Source: an uncultured virus (IMG/VR IMGVR_UViG_3300020020_000024)
Taxonomy: Duplodnaviria; Heunggongvirae; Uroviricota; Caudoviricetes
Reading direction: 5' to 3' (one strand)
DNA length: 64,000 nt
IMG/VR virus record: IMGVR_UViG_3300020020_000024
The notes below the pieces were generated by a model. The model was given only the letters and a program-made list of their open reading frames with translations. It was not told the origin of the DNA and made no database searches. Below, in pieces: positions 1 to 10,140 of this stretch (position 1 is its first letter; every line of letters begins with the position of its first letter). The translations under genes were made by a program, and so were the position numbers.

Positions 1-12
1 GCCCGGGTTGAG

Positions 13-20
13 TATATTTG
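13..20 (+). promoter_or_regulatory. Bacteroidota-type -7 promoter element (TAnnTTTG)
   Basis: TATATTTG about 20 nt upstream of the ATG at 42. Confidence 0.5.
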
Positions 21-41
21 AATACACATAATAGTTTTTAT

Positions 42-818
42 ATGATAACATGCGTACTTGATGGAGGAATAGGAAATCAGATGTACATGATTGCAGCAAC
101 AGCTGCACATGCAATGAGAAATGATTTTAACTATGGTATTCCAACACAATCAAGATCACCACATAGGTGGCCAACATACTTTTTTAATTTTCCACAGGTA
201 AACCAGGATGAAAATATGTTTGTTGATTGGCCAAGAGAAGTGATTGATTATAATAATGTGTTAGTAGGATATCAACAAATACCAGTAAGAGATAATTTAA
301 GATTGAATGAACACTTTCAATCTTATAAATACTATGATGATTGCAAGGAAAAAATATTTCCTCTTTTTGGTTTTAACTATGAATTAAAAAAAGATGTTGT
401 TTCTGTTCATGTAAGAGCAGCAGATTATAAAAACTATCCAGATAAACATCCGATTATTAAAGAAGAATATTTAAAAGAAGCTATTTTAAAAAACTTGGTG
501 CGGGGTTTTAAAAAGTTTTTATGTTTTTCTGATGATTACGAATATGCAAAACCATTAATTGATCGCTGCGTTGAATCTTTAATTGGTGTAACAGAAATAG
601 AAATAGAATGGAGTCACGAACCTGATCCAAAAAAAACAATTGAGATAATGAGTTGTTGTGAAAATAATATCTGCGCAAACAGTACTTTAAGTTTATGGGC
701 TGCTGAGATCAATCCGAATAAGGATAAAATGATTATCATTCCGAAAAAATGGTATGGCCCAGGTTATTCATATATTAGCACCGGCGATATGTTCAGAAAA
801 GAATGGATAGCTATATGA
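42..818 (+). CDS. GT11 alpha-1,2-fucosyl/colitosyltransferase
   Basis: GGIGNQM at the N-terminus, HVRxxDY and ANSTLSLWAA motifs. ATG at 42 preferred over the TTG at 18. Confidence 0.85.
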   Translation: MITCVLDGGIGNQMYMIAATAAHAMRNDFNYGIPTQSRSPHRWPTYFFNFPQVNQDENMFVDWPREVIDYNNVLVGYQQIPVRDNLRLNEHFQSYKYYDDCKEKIFPLFGFNYELKKDVVSVHVRAADYKNYPDKHPIIKEEYLKEAILKNLVRGFKKFLCFSDDYEYAKPLIDRCVESLIGVTEIEIEWSHEPDPKKTIEIMSCCENNICANSTLSLWAAEINPNKDKMIIIPKKWYGPGYSYISTGDMFRKEWIAI

Positions 819-1225
819 AAAAATGTAGAATTATAATTGCAGGTGGAAGAATTTATACGGATTACGAGTATTTAAAACTTCGTGTTTGTCGTTTAACTAA
901 AGGAGTTGATAACAATGAAATCGAAATAGTGTCTGGCGGTTGCGATATTCCAGGCATCCTCACCTTTACGAGAGATGATGGAACAAAAGTTTACGGTGTT
1001 GATGGTTTAGGTGAAAGACTTGCTAAAGAAATGAATTGGCCTATTAAAGTATTTATGGCAGACTGGAAAGGGAAAGGTAGATCAGCGGGGCCACTACGAA
1101 ATGAACAAATGGCTATATACTCAACACACGGAATTTGTTTTTGGGATAAGAAAAGCAAAGGAACAAAATCAATGATTGATCTCTGCGAAAAGCATAAACT
1201 AAACAGCAGGGTAATTTTTATTTGA
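815..1225 (+). CDS. SLOG/YspA (DUF2493-like) protein
   Basis: IIIAGGR, IVSGG, ADW..GRSAGPLRN..M, FWD.KSKGT..M. Confidence 0.8.
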   Translation: MKKCRIIIAGGRIYTDYEYLKLRVCRLTKGVDNNEIEIVSGGCDIPGILTFTRDDGTKVYGVDGLGERLAKEMNWPIKVFMADWKGKGRSAGPLRNEQMAIYSTHGICFWDKKSKGTKSMIDLCEKHKLNSRVIFI

Positions 1226-1293
1226 CTATGTTATAAAAATAATTAGCTTTATCACTGAGCGTTCCCCAATTCCTTTTAAAAACCCAAACACAG

Positions 1294-2487
1294 ATGCAAC
1301 CCAAAATCTTACTGGCCAAAGACACCATCGATAAAGCCGATTTCGATGCGTTAGCAGCATGGCTGCTTATTTATCCACGACTAACAAAAGGAAATCTAAC
1401 AATTGAGTTTGAAGAAAAATGGGCAAAGAAAGTAAAATCAGAATATGCTGTTTTCGTAAATAGTGGAAGCAGTGCAAATTTATTAATGCTTTATGCTTTG
1501 ATTGCTGGTAATAAACTAAAAAACAAAAAAATAGTTATTCCTGCTATTAGCTGGATTACAGATATAGCCCCGGTTATTCAATTCGGGTTAGAACCGATAC
1601 TTTGCGACATAAACACTTACGATCTCTCTGTTAATTTAACAGAACTGGAAAGAATATTCAGTTACGAAAAACCATCATGCTTATTACTTGTTTCTGTTCT
1701 TGGTCTTGTGCCACATATGCAAGCGGTCATAGAACTCTGTAATCGCTACGACGTAATACTACTGGAGGATATTTGTGAGGGTCTTGGTTCTTCCTACGAG
1801 AATAGAAGTCTTGGTAATTGGGGATTAATGGCCACCACGTCGCTTTATTATGGTCACCATCTTAGTACAATTGAGGGAGGCATGATCACAACAGATAACA
1901 AAGAAATGTATGATCTGTTGAAAATGCTTCGTAGTCATGGCTGGGATCGTGACTTAGATCCTGAAATTCAAACAGAATTAAGAGAATCGCACAAGGTTGA
2001 CGAATTTAATATTCCTTATACATTTTATCATCCTGGTTTTAATGTTCGCTCAACCGATCTCCAGGCATTTATTGGACTAAGGCAGTTGGATAAATTTGAT
2101 AATGTTGTTTCCAGAAGAAACACAAACTACAATCTTTACAATAAGTATCTTGAAAATCATTACTGGAAACCGGCAGATTATACGAATCGCTTTGTCTCTA
2201 ATCTCGGCTATCCGATCATTCACCCGTTTAGAGATGAAATAGCAAGGGTTTTAGTGGCAAATGGTGTTGAATGCCGCCCTTTAATAAGCGGAAGCATGGG
2301 CACGCAGCCGTTTTTTAAGAGGCTATATGGAGAGAAGTATATGCACTTTGCCAGCGTTTTGGATAAACGAGGCTTGTATGTTCCCAACCATCCATATTTG
2401 TTGGAAGAAGAAATCCAATATATTTGTTCCCTCATCAATCGGGTGATCCTGGAAAAACCAGTTGAAGAAAAAGAATTTCAGGTATAG
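1294..2487 (+). CDS. colD: DegT/DnrJ/EryC1/StrS-family PLP enzyme, ColD-type GDP-4-keto-6-deoxymannose 3-dehydratase
   Basis: VNSGSSANLL, LLEDICE, SLYYGHHLSTIEGG (His at the Schiff-base Lys position), LRSHGW, PGFNVR. Confidence 0.75.
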   Translation: MQPKILLAKDTIDKADFDALAAWLLIYPRLTKGNLTIEFEEKWAKKVKSEYAVFVNSGSSANLLMLYALIAGNKLKNKKIVIPAISWITDIAPVIQFGLEPILCDINTYDLSVNLTELERIFSYEKPSCLLLVSVLGLVPHMQAVIELCNRYDVILLEDICEGLGSSYENRSLGNWGLMATTSLYYGHHLSTIEGGMITTDNKEMYDLLKMLRSHGWDRDLDPEIQTELRESHKVDEFNIPYTFYHPGFNVRSTDLQAFIGLRQLDKFDNVVSRRNTNYNLYNKYLENHYWKPADYTNRFVSNLGYPIIHPFRDEIARVLVANGVECRPLISGSMGTQPFFKRLYGEKYMHFASVLDKRGLYVPNHPYLLEEEIQYICSLINRVILEKPVEEKEFQV

Positions 2488-2522
2488 TTTATATTCAACA
2501 AGACAATCGCATAAATTATTAT

Positions 2523-2753
2523 ATGGATAAGCGATATGGGTATATAAACATCAGGCAAGTTGAAAACGAGGAATTTAATAAAAAACCAGTTTATAGAATT
2601 TTCAATAATAGAAGTAAAAATCAACTAGGAATTATTTCTTGGTATAAACCCTGGAAGGAGTATGTTTTTTCCTCTAAAGAAGGGCATGTATTTAATAACA
2701 CATGCTTACTTGATGTGCTAGACTTCCTATCGCTTATTAAACCAAAAAAATAA
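2523..2753 (+). CDS. hypothetical phage-type protein
   Basis: ORF filling the gap in the + strand gene run. Confidence 0.6.
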   Translation: MDKRYGYINIRQVENEEFNKKPVYRIFNNRSKNQLGIISWYKPWKEYVFSSKEGHVFNNTCLLDVLDFLSLIKPKK

Positions 2754-2767
2754 TTATTTAAAATTAA

Positions 2768-3394
2768 ATGTCGCTCAACTCCTACTTTGAATCGGTATTC
2801 TGTATTCACTTGAAAGATAGTGATCGAAGGCCGCACATAGACCAGGAATTTAAAAAGCATCAACTTGATGTAATGATCGTAGATGCTATCGATGGAAGAA
2901 AACTAACAGACTACACCGAAAAAAAATCAAGCGATGATATAATTATGAAAAGGGGCGATATAGCGTGTACGCTTAGCCACCTTAAAGTTGTAAATATGGC
3001 AAAGGCTGCAAATCTAAAAAACTATTTTGTTTTTGAAGATGATGTTGTTTTGTGTGATGATTTTAATAAGAGATTCAATCAAGAAATATTAGAGATGCCG
3101 ACCGATTGGGATATGATTTATTTTGGAGGCAACCACGAAGAACCATTTACACCAATTACCGATCATATTGCAAAGATCAGTAAAACGTTTACAACACATG
3201 CCATCGGGATCAAGGAAACGGTTTATGATGCTTTAATAAACATATGGGGCCAATATGAAAAAGTAGATATAAGCATCAGTAGCCTTCACAAACAATTCAA
3301 CTGTTATTTGTTTCGTCCGCATCTTGCCTGGCAGAAAGCAGGATATAGTTATTTACAAGGAAAGTATGACAACTATGAACACTTAAAAAAGTGA
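2768..3394 (+). CDS. GT25 glycosyltransferase
   Basis: CIHL..RR, AIDGR, ACTLSH, FEDD, WDMIYFG, TTHA. Confidence 0.85.
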   Translation: MSLNSYFESVFCIHLKDSDRRPHIDQEFKKHQLDVMIVDAIDGRKLTDYTEKKSSDDIIMKRGDIACTLSHLKVVNMAKAANLKNYFVFEDDVVLCDDFNKRFNQEILEMPTDWDMIYFGGNHEEPFTPITDHIAKISKTFTTHAIGIKETVYDALINIWGQYEKVDISISSLHKQFNCYLFRPHLAWQKAGYSYLQGKYDNYEHLKK

Positions 3395-3807
3395 GCCTTA
3401 TGAAGTATAGGATTATCGTTGACAATAATTCATCTTTTGAAAAAGAGATCGTACTTTTTTCTTCTTCCGATTTAAATCTATCCAAGAGGCCAACCATTAA
3501 TGACAATGAGATTAATATTAGGGTAATAGACCCTTTTGATTTGGAAATAGGTTATGATACGTTTAGGAAAATTTGGGGTGAGTGCGGATTGGTAAAAAGC
3601 GTTTCGATTAAGCCCGATATTGATTTCACGATAAGAACAGAGGATGCAAATGGAATGAGGGTTGAATTACCCCGGCATCTTGTTAAAAAACGAGAGTTCG
3701 CAGCAGATATGGGTACTTGCATGTACTTCAATCTTAATTCTAAGAAAAAAGCGATAATTAAAATTGACTTCGTAAGTGGTTTGGTAAAACAAAAATATAA
3801 ATCATGA
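3391..3807 (+). CDS. hypothetical protein
   Basis: ORF overlapping both neighbours. Confidence 0.55.
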   Translation: MSLMKYRIIVDNNSSFEKEIVLFSSSDLNLSKRPTINDNEINIRVIDPFDLEIGYDTFRKIWGECGLVKSVSIKPDIDFTIRTEDANGMRVELPRHLVKKREFAADMGTCMYFNLNSKKKAIIKIDFVSGLVKQKYKS

Positions 3808-4157
3808 ATTACTTTGGAACAAGTTTGACTTCAAGCGGTCATTATATGTGGGAGCTAGATGGGATCAGCATGAAACAAATCGGTCTTTTTATTCGTGAAC
3901 TCCCATTTGATCCAGAAAAAATGCCAAACGATGGAAAGGGTGGCACACCAAAGGGGTTCTCAGAGTTTAAAAACATTGGAGAATATTCAATACTTGCAAT
4001 TGCCGGTAGTTGCATTGACCGCAGAGATGGAACAAAATCAGTTTTCTTTATTAAAGAAAAAGTTGATAAGGGAGAAATGATAAGCAGGATTAAATCAATA
4101 CCAATAGCAGCGAAAATAATTGAAGCATTGCCATTTAAGATAATTTGGAATGACTAG
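3804..4157 (+). CDS. hypothetical protein
   Basis: ATGA overlap with the upstream ORF. Confidence 0.6.
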   Translation: MNYFGTSLTSSGHYMWELDGISMKQIGLFIRELPFDPEKMPNDGKGGTPKGFSEFKNIGEYSILAIAGSCIDRRDGTKSVFFIKEKVDKGEMISRIKSIPIAAKIIEALPFKIIWND

Positions 4158-5046
4158 TACTATGGCTTACCCGATCATTGATGTATTTAAAAAAATGCGT
4201 GATAGTTTAATAGACTATGCTGCAGTCAAAAGGAATTGCTATTACAATTTCGACAAATCAGGTAAAGAGGATATCGTTGTAATTATTCCGGTAAGAGGTA
4301 GAACGGAATTTAGTCCGGTAACGATTAAAGAGATGAATAATGCAATTGGACACACCGGACTTAATATTTCAATTACTGTTATTGAACATAGTGGTAATCC
4401 TCAACACAAAAAAATATGTGAAGGGAAAACGAATTATATATGGTTGCCGGCAAATGATATAACTGGTTATGAGTTTAATAAATGTCTTGCTCATAATGTT
4501 GCGGCTTTATTCAATACTGATACAAAGTATTATTTATTTCACGATGTTGATATATTAGTACCAAACAACTTTTTTAATGCTTTGTGGGATAATATAAAAA
4601 CATTCAACGCCATTCAAACATTTGCGGGAAGGCGGCTGCTGCAGTTGAGCGAATCAGTAACAAGAAACATTCTTTACAACGACCTCGACCCGACCTATCT
4701 TACTGCTCCGCATCCTGAAATAAAAGAATGCCAGCCGGGGGCATCAGGAGGGTCAATACTTGTGGACTGTGATCTTTTTTATCGTGTGGGCGGTTTCGAT
4801 CCTGAATTGTTTACAGAATATAGCGTAGAGGATCAATTTTTTTTTGATAAATTAATGATCTCTGGTGCGATTGGTTTCTGCAATAATCCACCCATAGAAT
4901 TACTTCATTTATATCATGCCCCCTCCTTTAACCAGGAAACAAAGCCGCAGGATTGGGCTGCGTTCAATTCCTTTCACAGATTAAGCCCGGAAGAAAAAAA
5001 ATTGTTCATGTCGGAAAAAGCCAGATATTTATGCAGGTTTATTTAA
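4150..5046 (+). CDS. GT2/GT7-like glycosyltransferase
   Basis: VIIPVRGR, FNK...N, FHDVD (DxD), VGGFDPE...Y..ED, HLYH. Confidence 0.8.
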   Translation: MTSTMAYPIIDVFKKMRDSLIDYAAVKRNCYYNFDKSGKEDIVVIIPVRGRTEFSPVTIKEMNNAIGHTGLNISITVIEHSGNPQHKKICEGKTNYIWLPANDITGYEFNKCLAHNVAALFNTDTKYYLFHDVDILVPNNFFNALWDNIKTFNAIQTFAGRRLLQLSESVTRNILYNDLDPTYLTAPHPEIKECQPGASGGSILVDCDLFYRVGGFDPELFTEYSVEDQFFFDKLMISGAIGFCNNPPIELLHLYHAPSFNQETKPQDWAAFNSFHRLSPEEKKLFMSEKARYLCRFI

Positions 5047-5055
5047 CGCCGCATC

Positions 5056-5889
5056 ATGAAGCCACTCATAAAAATTATTGATACGCAATTTGCGCACGGA
5101 ACAAGTCTAGGAAGCGGAGACTTAAAGATATTTCCAAAATATTTTGATTGGTACAGGGGAAATGATAAAGTTGGTGATGTTATCATTTTTACAGAAAGTA
5201 GTTTTCATCTTGTAGATAACTATACTGAAAATATAAAAATTGCATGGCTGATCGAGCCGGTCAGCATTAATCCCGCATCATACGCCTGGATTACAAGAAG
5301 CGAAAATTATAGTAAGTTTACCCACATCTTTACTTATAACCGTAAGATATTAAGTTGTGATCCTCGATTCAGATATTATCATTTTGGTGGATGTTGGATA
5401 TTGCCGGAGGATAGAAAAATATATCCAAAGGAAAATAAAATATCAATTATCGCATCTGCAAAAGATATGACCTATGGCCACAAAATGCGTCATGCGGTAA
5501 TAAATCGCTTCAAAGACAGAGTTGAAGTATATGGCCGGGGATATGTTCCTGTTGATTACAAACTGTCGGCCCTGGCGAACTTTAAATATTCCATTGTAAT
5601 TGAAAATGATCAAACCCCTGGTTTCTATTCAGAAAAACTGGTTGATTGTCTTATTACAGGAACGATCCCTATTTTTTGGGGTGCAGATGATATTGAAGAA
5701 ACATTCAATATCGGTGGAATGCGTTTATTTAAAACGTTAGATGATCTTGAAAGGGTATTGAACAGTATTGACAAATACGGTGATTCAATTGTTGCAAAAG
5801 AGATAGTGGAAGATAATTTTGAAACGGCAAAAAAATATTGCTGCCCGGAAGATTCTCTTTGGGAACGTTTTTTACATAAACTATTTTAA
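5056..5889 (+). CDS. GT10 fucosyltransferase-like protein
   Basis: FKYSIVIEN...YSEKLVDC...GTIPIFWG. Confidence 0.8.
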   Translation: MKPLIKIIDTQFAHGTSLGSGDLKIFPKYFDWYRGNDKVGDVIIFTESSFHLVDNYTENIKIAWLIEPVSINPASYAWITRSENYSKFTHIFTYNRKILSCDPRFRYYHFGGCWILPEDRKIYPKENKISIIASAKDMTYGHKMRHAVINRFKDRVEVYGRGYVPVDYKLSALANFKYSIVIENDQTPGFYSEKLVDCLITGTIPIFWGADDIEETFNIGGMRLFKTLDDLERVLNSIDKYGDSIVAKEIVEDNFETAKKYCCPEDSLWERFLHKLF

Positions 5890-5891
5890 TA

Positions 5892-6164
5892 ATGGAAGAA
5901 GAAAAATACAGAGAAGCGCAGGGGATCAAGAATCGAATAGATAATCTTAAAATGATAAAAAGATACATGGAGTCTCTTTTATCAAACAAAAGATTGGGCA
6001 TGAAAATGCAGTTACAGATATTTAATGCAGATTATTCAAACGTAACCGATTTGAATTATCCACGACCGGAAGCTATAATGGAAAGCGAAGATGATGCAAA
6101 GTTTATAATTGATTCCATAGACACAAGAATTCGGGATCTAGAAAAACAGTTCATCCAAGTATAA
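5892..6164 (+). CDS. hypothetical protein
   Basis: ORF in the gene run. Confidence 0.6.
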   Translation: MEEEKYREAQGIKNRIDNLKMIKRYMESLLSNKRLGMKMQLQIFNADYSNVTDLNYPRPEAIMESEDDAKFIIDSIDTRIRDLEKQFIQV

Positions 6165-6183
6165 AACACAAAATCAAATAATA

Positions 6184-6936
6184 ATGAAACAAGTCAGGCC
6201 AACAAAACCAGTTATCGTAATTGCGAAAGATTCAAAATTAACGGAGACGATTCCTGCTAACTCCAACGATAATCAAATTTATGAATTCAGGCTGGCAGGG
6301 GGCGTTTATATTGATGCGGTGGATAATGGCAGCTTTGAGACAATATTAGTCTTTAAAGAACCAACACACATGAATGGATATTATAAGCATCCCGCTAATG
6401 TAACATCTCGTTGGCCATTAACCGAAAATCAGGCAATTGCTGTTTATGAGGAAATCATGAAAGAGGGATATGAAATCGTTGATGCAACAAAAGAAAGCCT
6501 TGAAATCTTTGAACATATCGAATTATTAAAGTTGCCAAAGGATCAATTCAAATTCTTGAATTTAAAAGTCAAGGCGGCAGATAAGTATGAGCCAGGTGTT
6601 ACTCACGTTGATGATGTTTTATTTTTAATTGAACAGGCAAAAAAGATGATTAATGCCGAATTAAAACATTACAATGGGTTGTTAAATCCAATGCGTGTTT
6701 TTAATTTTCAAATAATTCCATTTGTTGATACAATAGAGATGGTGATATTGCTCGTTCCTGATCCACAACCTCAAATGATGGCACAAATGAATATGGCACA
6801 ACAAGTGATGATGCAAAACTTTTTGGGCGGGATGATAGGCGGCCCAGGTTCTGCACAACAGTGCGATCATAATGACGGATATGAAATGAGAGGAAGTCAG
6901 TTATGTTGTAAAAGTTGCGGCAAGCCATTAGAATAA
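6184..6936 (+). CDS. hypothetical protein with Q/M-rich segment and C-terminal Cys/His cluster
   Basis: QMMAQMNMAQQVMMQ; CDH...CCKSC. Confidence 0.65.
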   Translation: MKQVRPTKPVIVIAKDSKLTETIPANSNDNQIYEFRLAGGVYIDAVDNGSFETILVFKEPTHMNGYYKHPANVTSRWPLTENQAIAVYEEIMKEGYEIVDATKESLEIFEHIELLKLPKDQFKFLNLKVKAADKYEPGVTHVDDVLFLIEQAKKMINAELKHYNGLLNPMRVFNFQIIPFVDTIEMVILLVPDPQPQMMAQMNMAQQVMMQNFLGGMIGGPGSAQQCDHNDGYEMRGSQLCCKSCGKPLE

Positions 6937-6957
6937 ATAATTTTAAAACTAAGGCAT

Positions 6958-7491
6958 ATGACGGCAACAAATCTACCAAAGAACATAGCGCCATACGTTA
7001 TCAAGATCAGTAATACAAACTTTGATGATGGAAAGGCCTTGTTGTTCGGAGGTGTCAAACCTGTTATACAAGATAAGGGAGTATATATAACTGTGTGGTA
7101 TGGGGATTATAGTCCGGTAACATATGAGAATATTTTACAGGAAATGTTTCTACAAACAACTAAAATTGGATTAACCATTATTGAAATTATTGATGGGTTT
7201 AAATATGACGACGAGGCAATTGAAGTAAAAACATGGCAAGGAGATGGATGCGTAGCAACATGGTATTTAAAATTTGGCCATGAAATCACTCGGCAGAGTG
7301 ATAAGCTATGGAAAATAGAAAAGGAATATCCAATAAACGTACTGACGCAATTGAAAATTCCAATCAAGGGCATGACAGATATTAAAATATATTTTTATCC
7401 GTCAGAAATTGAAAAGCTACAACACGGCAAAGAGATATATGACATTGTTTCTTCAAGAGAATTCCAGGCACTATTAAAACAGAATAAATGA
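6958..7491 (+). CDS. hypothetical beta-rich protein
   Basis: 177-aa ORF with alternating hydrophobic pattern. Confidence 0.6.
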   Translation: MTATNLPKNIAPYVIKISNTNFDDGKALLFGGVKPVIQDKGVYITVWYGDYSPVTYENILQEMFLQTTKIGLTIIEIIDGFKYDDEAIEVKTWQGDGCVATWYLKFGHEITRQSDKLWKIEKEYPINVLTQLKIPIKGMTDIKIYFYPSEIEKLQHGKEIYDIVSSREFQALLKQNK

Positions 7492-7895
7492 TTAAAGCAT
7501 TATTGATCGGTCATCTTGGTAAAGATGCTGAGGTAAACACAGTAAACGGCAAAACGGTAATTAATTTTAATGTAGCCCACTCCGAAAAATATAAAGATCA
7601 GCAGAACGTACAACATGAAACCACCCTATGGGTTCAATGTTCCTGGTGGACTGACAGAACTGCGATAGCACCTTATCTTAAAAAAGGAACTCAGGTTTAT
7701 GTCGAAGGCTATCCCAATGTAAAGGCGTATGAGAGAAATGGTGGCGACTGTGCGGCTCAAATGACATTAAGAGTGATCAGCGTTCAACTATTGGGTTCGG
7801 GTCAGAAAGCGGCGGGGTCGCAGCAATCAGCACCGTCCGACATGCCACCAGCATCAGGTGATAGCGGGGATGCAACTGATGATTTACCGTTTTAA
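7488..7895 (+). CDS. ssb: single-stranded DNA-binding protein
   Basis: LIGHLGKDAE, YLKKGTQVYVEG, acidic DDLPF tail. Confidence 0.95.
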   Translation: MIKALLIGHLGKDAEVNTVNGKTVINFNVAHSEKYKDQQNVQHETTLWVQCSWWTDRTAIAPYLKKGTQVYVEGYPNVKAYERNGGDCAAQMTLRVISVQLLGSGQKAAGSQQSAPSDMPPASGDSGDATDDLPF

Positions 7896-7904
7896 TCCAA
7901 AGTT

Positions 7905-8120
7905 ATGGTGGATGAAAATCTATTAAGTGTTACATTAGCCGCATATGCTGATCTGATCGACGGCAACACCATTTTTATAAATGGAGATGGAGAAGCAAGA
8001 AAAGAACTTGACAAAAAATGTATAAGTCAAATAAAAGACTTGTTTGAAAATAATGGTAAAAAATGGAAAGGTTTTAGTGCTTTTTACAAGATAAAAAAGA
8101 AGTATATTTTAAAGAAATAG
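7905..8120 (+). CDS. hypothetical protein
   Basis: ORF in the gene run. Confidence 0.5.
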   Translation: MVDENLLSVTLAAYADLIDGNTIFINGDGEARKELDKKCISQIKDLFENNGKKWKGFSAFYKIKKKYILKK

Positions 8121-8122
8121 TT

Positions 8123-8629
8123 ATGGCAATGTTTGAAGTTGATAATGTTGGTGCTGAATTTTCCGAATGTAAAAAGTATCGCTATAAGCTATGGCGTATA
8201 TGGGATACTAGCAAACCAAAAGCAATGTGCATCGGACTTAATCCATCTACCGCAAACGACAAAAAAAACGATAGCACTATTAATATTTTAATTCGTGTGT
8301 TGAAGCATCTTGGATATGGTGGTTTCTATATGACAAATTTATTTGCCTGGATTTCGTCAAATCCACAGGATTTATTGATCTGCGAAAACCCATTAGGCGA
8401 CAATGATGTTAAATTGAAAGAGGTTGAAGCTATTTGCGCAGACGTTATAGTTTGTTGGGGAGGGTTCAAACAAGCGGAAGAAAGAATAAAACAGGTTTTG
8501 CCTAATTATCCAAATGCAAAGTGTTTTGGAGTTAATGAAAATGGAACACCATTTCATCCTAGAGCATTAAGCTATATAAAGGGAATGCTAAATTCCCCGC
8601 AGCTGATTGATTATTTAAAACATAAGTGA
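8123..8629 (+). CDS. DUF1643-family protein
   Basis: YRYKLWRIWD, IGLNPSTA, NLFA, CWG, P.HP. Confidence 0.85.
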   Translation: MAMFEVDNVGAEFSECKKYRYKLWRIWDTSKPKAMCIGLNPSTANDKKNDSTINILIRVLKHLGYGGFYMTNLFAWISSNPQDLLICENPLGDNDVKLKEVEAICADVIVCWGGFKQAEERIKQVLPNYPNAKCFGVNENGTPFHPRALSYIKGMLNSPQLIDYLKHK

Positions 8630-8827
8630 ATGAAATTTGGAAAACCAATCAAAGAATATTGGGTTGGGAATCACCTTTACGCCTTGTGGGATAATTACGG
8701 TATTTCCTTTGATAGCGATGACTATATATTAGATATTGTCTCTTACAGAAACAGAAGGCTGTTCTTCTTTTGGAAAAGAAAACAATTCGTGCAAATAATA
8801 GCAACATTTAAAATAAAATTAAAATGA
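8630..8827 (+). CDS. hypothetical protein
   Basis: Abuts the upstream ORF. Confidence 0.45.
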   Translation: MKFGKPIKEYWVGNHLYALWDNYGISFDSDDYILDIVSYRNRRLFFFWKRKQFVQIIATFKIKLK

Positions 8828-9066
8828 ACTACGAAGATCTAGACCCCGACACAAAAGGTGTCATTACTGCCATGTGCGATCAAACAGGAAAAACAAAAGA
8901 GAAGGCAATCCTTGCTCTTATTGAATTCGGAATGGTATCAATGATTGCTGCTGTATCCGAGCCATCGGACAAGCAAAGACTGATGAATAATATTTATCAG
9001 GTTGTAAATAAAGACGACAATCTAAATAAAACTGCTGAATTGTATAAAAGCACCTGGTCTGTGTAA
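8824..9066 (+). CDS. hypothetical protein
   Basis: Start overlaps the upstream stop. Confidence 0.55.
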   Translation: MNYEDLDPDTKGVITAMCDQTGKTKEKAILALIEFGMVSMIAAVSEPSDKQRLMNNIYQVVNKDDNLNKTAELYKSTWSV

Positions 9067-9091
9067 TTAATCACATAAAAATAAAATCATA

Positions 9092-9778
9092 ATGGATAAT
9101 TCAAAATTAACCTATCACAAAGACGCATTTACGAAAAATGTGTTTGAAAAATTTACTGATGTATGCGGTGGCGATCCAAAAGAATATGCCAATATTCTTT
9201 ATGCAAGATTTGTTGTTGAAGATCAGTCTTATGGAGATGATATGTATTATTGGGGTGTATTGAAGTATTTCCAGGAAACCGTAGTGCCGCATAAAATAGC
9301 AGTTTACCAAGCAGGTGTTGAATTATTGAAGAACAAAGAACTTGGTTTGTATCTACCATCAGGCGACAGAGAATTATTTCTGCGTAATCTATGGATTCAC
9401 GATATGTCTAAATTCAGCGCAGATGAAGCGTTTGGATATGCTTTGTATAATCGAAAAACAGGAAGTGGCAAAGAAGGATTTGAGCGTTCCTGGCATCATC
9501 ACAAGATGAATAATCCACATCATCCTGAACATTGGCTTAATCCAAACAGGTCGGGAATATTAGAGCCATTAACAATGCCGCATATTTATGTTTTTGAAAT
9601 GATCGCTGATTGGATTGGTGCCGGTAAAACATACGGCAGCACACTAGAAGAATGGTTGCCAAAGAATATTGACAAGTTTGTGTTTCAGTCTCCAAAAATA
9701 GTTGCAAGTATTATTAAGCAGTTTACCGGAATAAATGTATCGTTGAAAGGAAATCAAATTGTACCGGAACTGGTTTAA
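9092..9778 (+). CDS. DUF5662-like HD-type protein
   Basis: HK, HDMSK, HH..NPHHPEHW, EMIADW. Confidence 0.75.
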   Translation: MDNSKLTYHKDAFTKNVFEKFTDVCGGDPKEYANILYARFVVEDQSYGDDMYYWGVLKYFQETVVPHKIAVYQAGVELLKNKELGLYLPSGDRELFLRNLWIHDMSKFSADEAFGYALYNRKTGSGKEGFERSWHHHKMNNPHHPEHWLNPNRSGILEPLTMPHIYVFEMIADWIGAGKTYGSTLEEWLPKNIDKFVFQSPKIVASIIKQFTGINVSLKGNQIVPELV

Positions 9779-9781
9779 GTT

Positions 9782-9789
9782 TATATTTG
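9782..9789 (+). promoter_or_regulatory. Bacteroidota-type -7 promoter element
   Basis: TATATTTG at the start of an intergenic region. Confidence 0.5.
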
Positions 9790-9907
9790 TATTCAAACAC
9801 ATGAGAAAAGCCGTTGGCATGAGGTAATACCATTGAAGAACCAAATTAACCGAAGGGTAATTTGTACTGATCCTGAGCGTTAGAAATAAATAACTACCCT
9901 TAAATTT

Positions 9908-9938
9908 ATCCCCTGTCTATGCAGGGGATTTATTATTT
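9908..9938 (+). terminator. intrinsic terminator
   Basis: ATCCCCTG-tctatg-CAGGGGAT stem followed by a T-rich tract. Confidence 0.65.
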
Positions 9939-10140
9939 AATTTATTGCTGAGAAAATATTCATGTAATTAATTCCTGCAATTGCAATAAAATATATCCCG
10001 GAAATTATAAAACAATTGATTTCCCGTTTAAAATAACGTTTTTGATAAATCAGTATTCTATAATAAAATATTGTTTAATTCCATAGAATATTCAATAATT
10101 AATTAATAAAAAGGGGATATTTCCGATATATAATTCAGGA

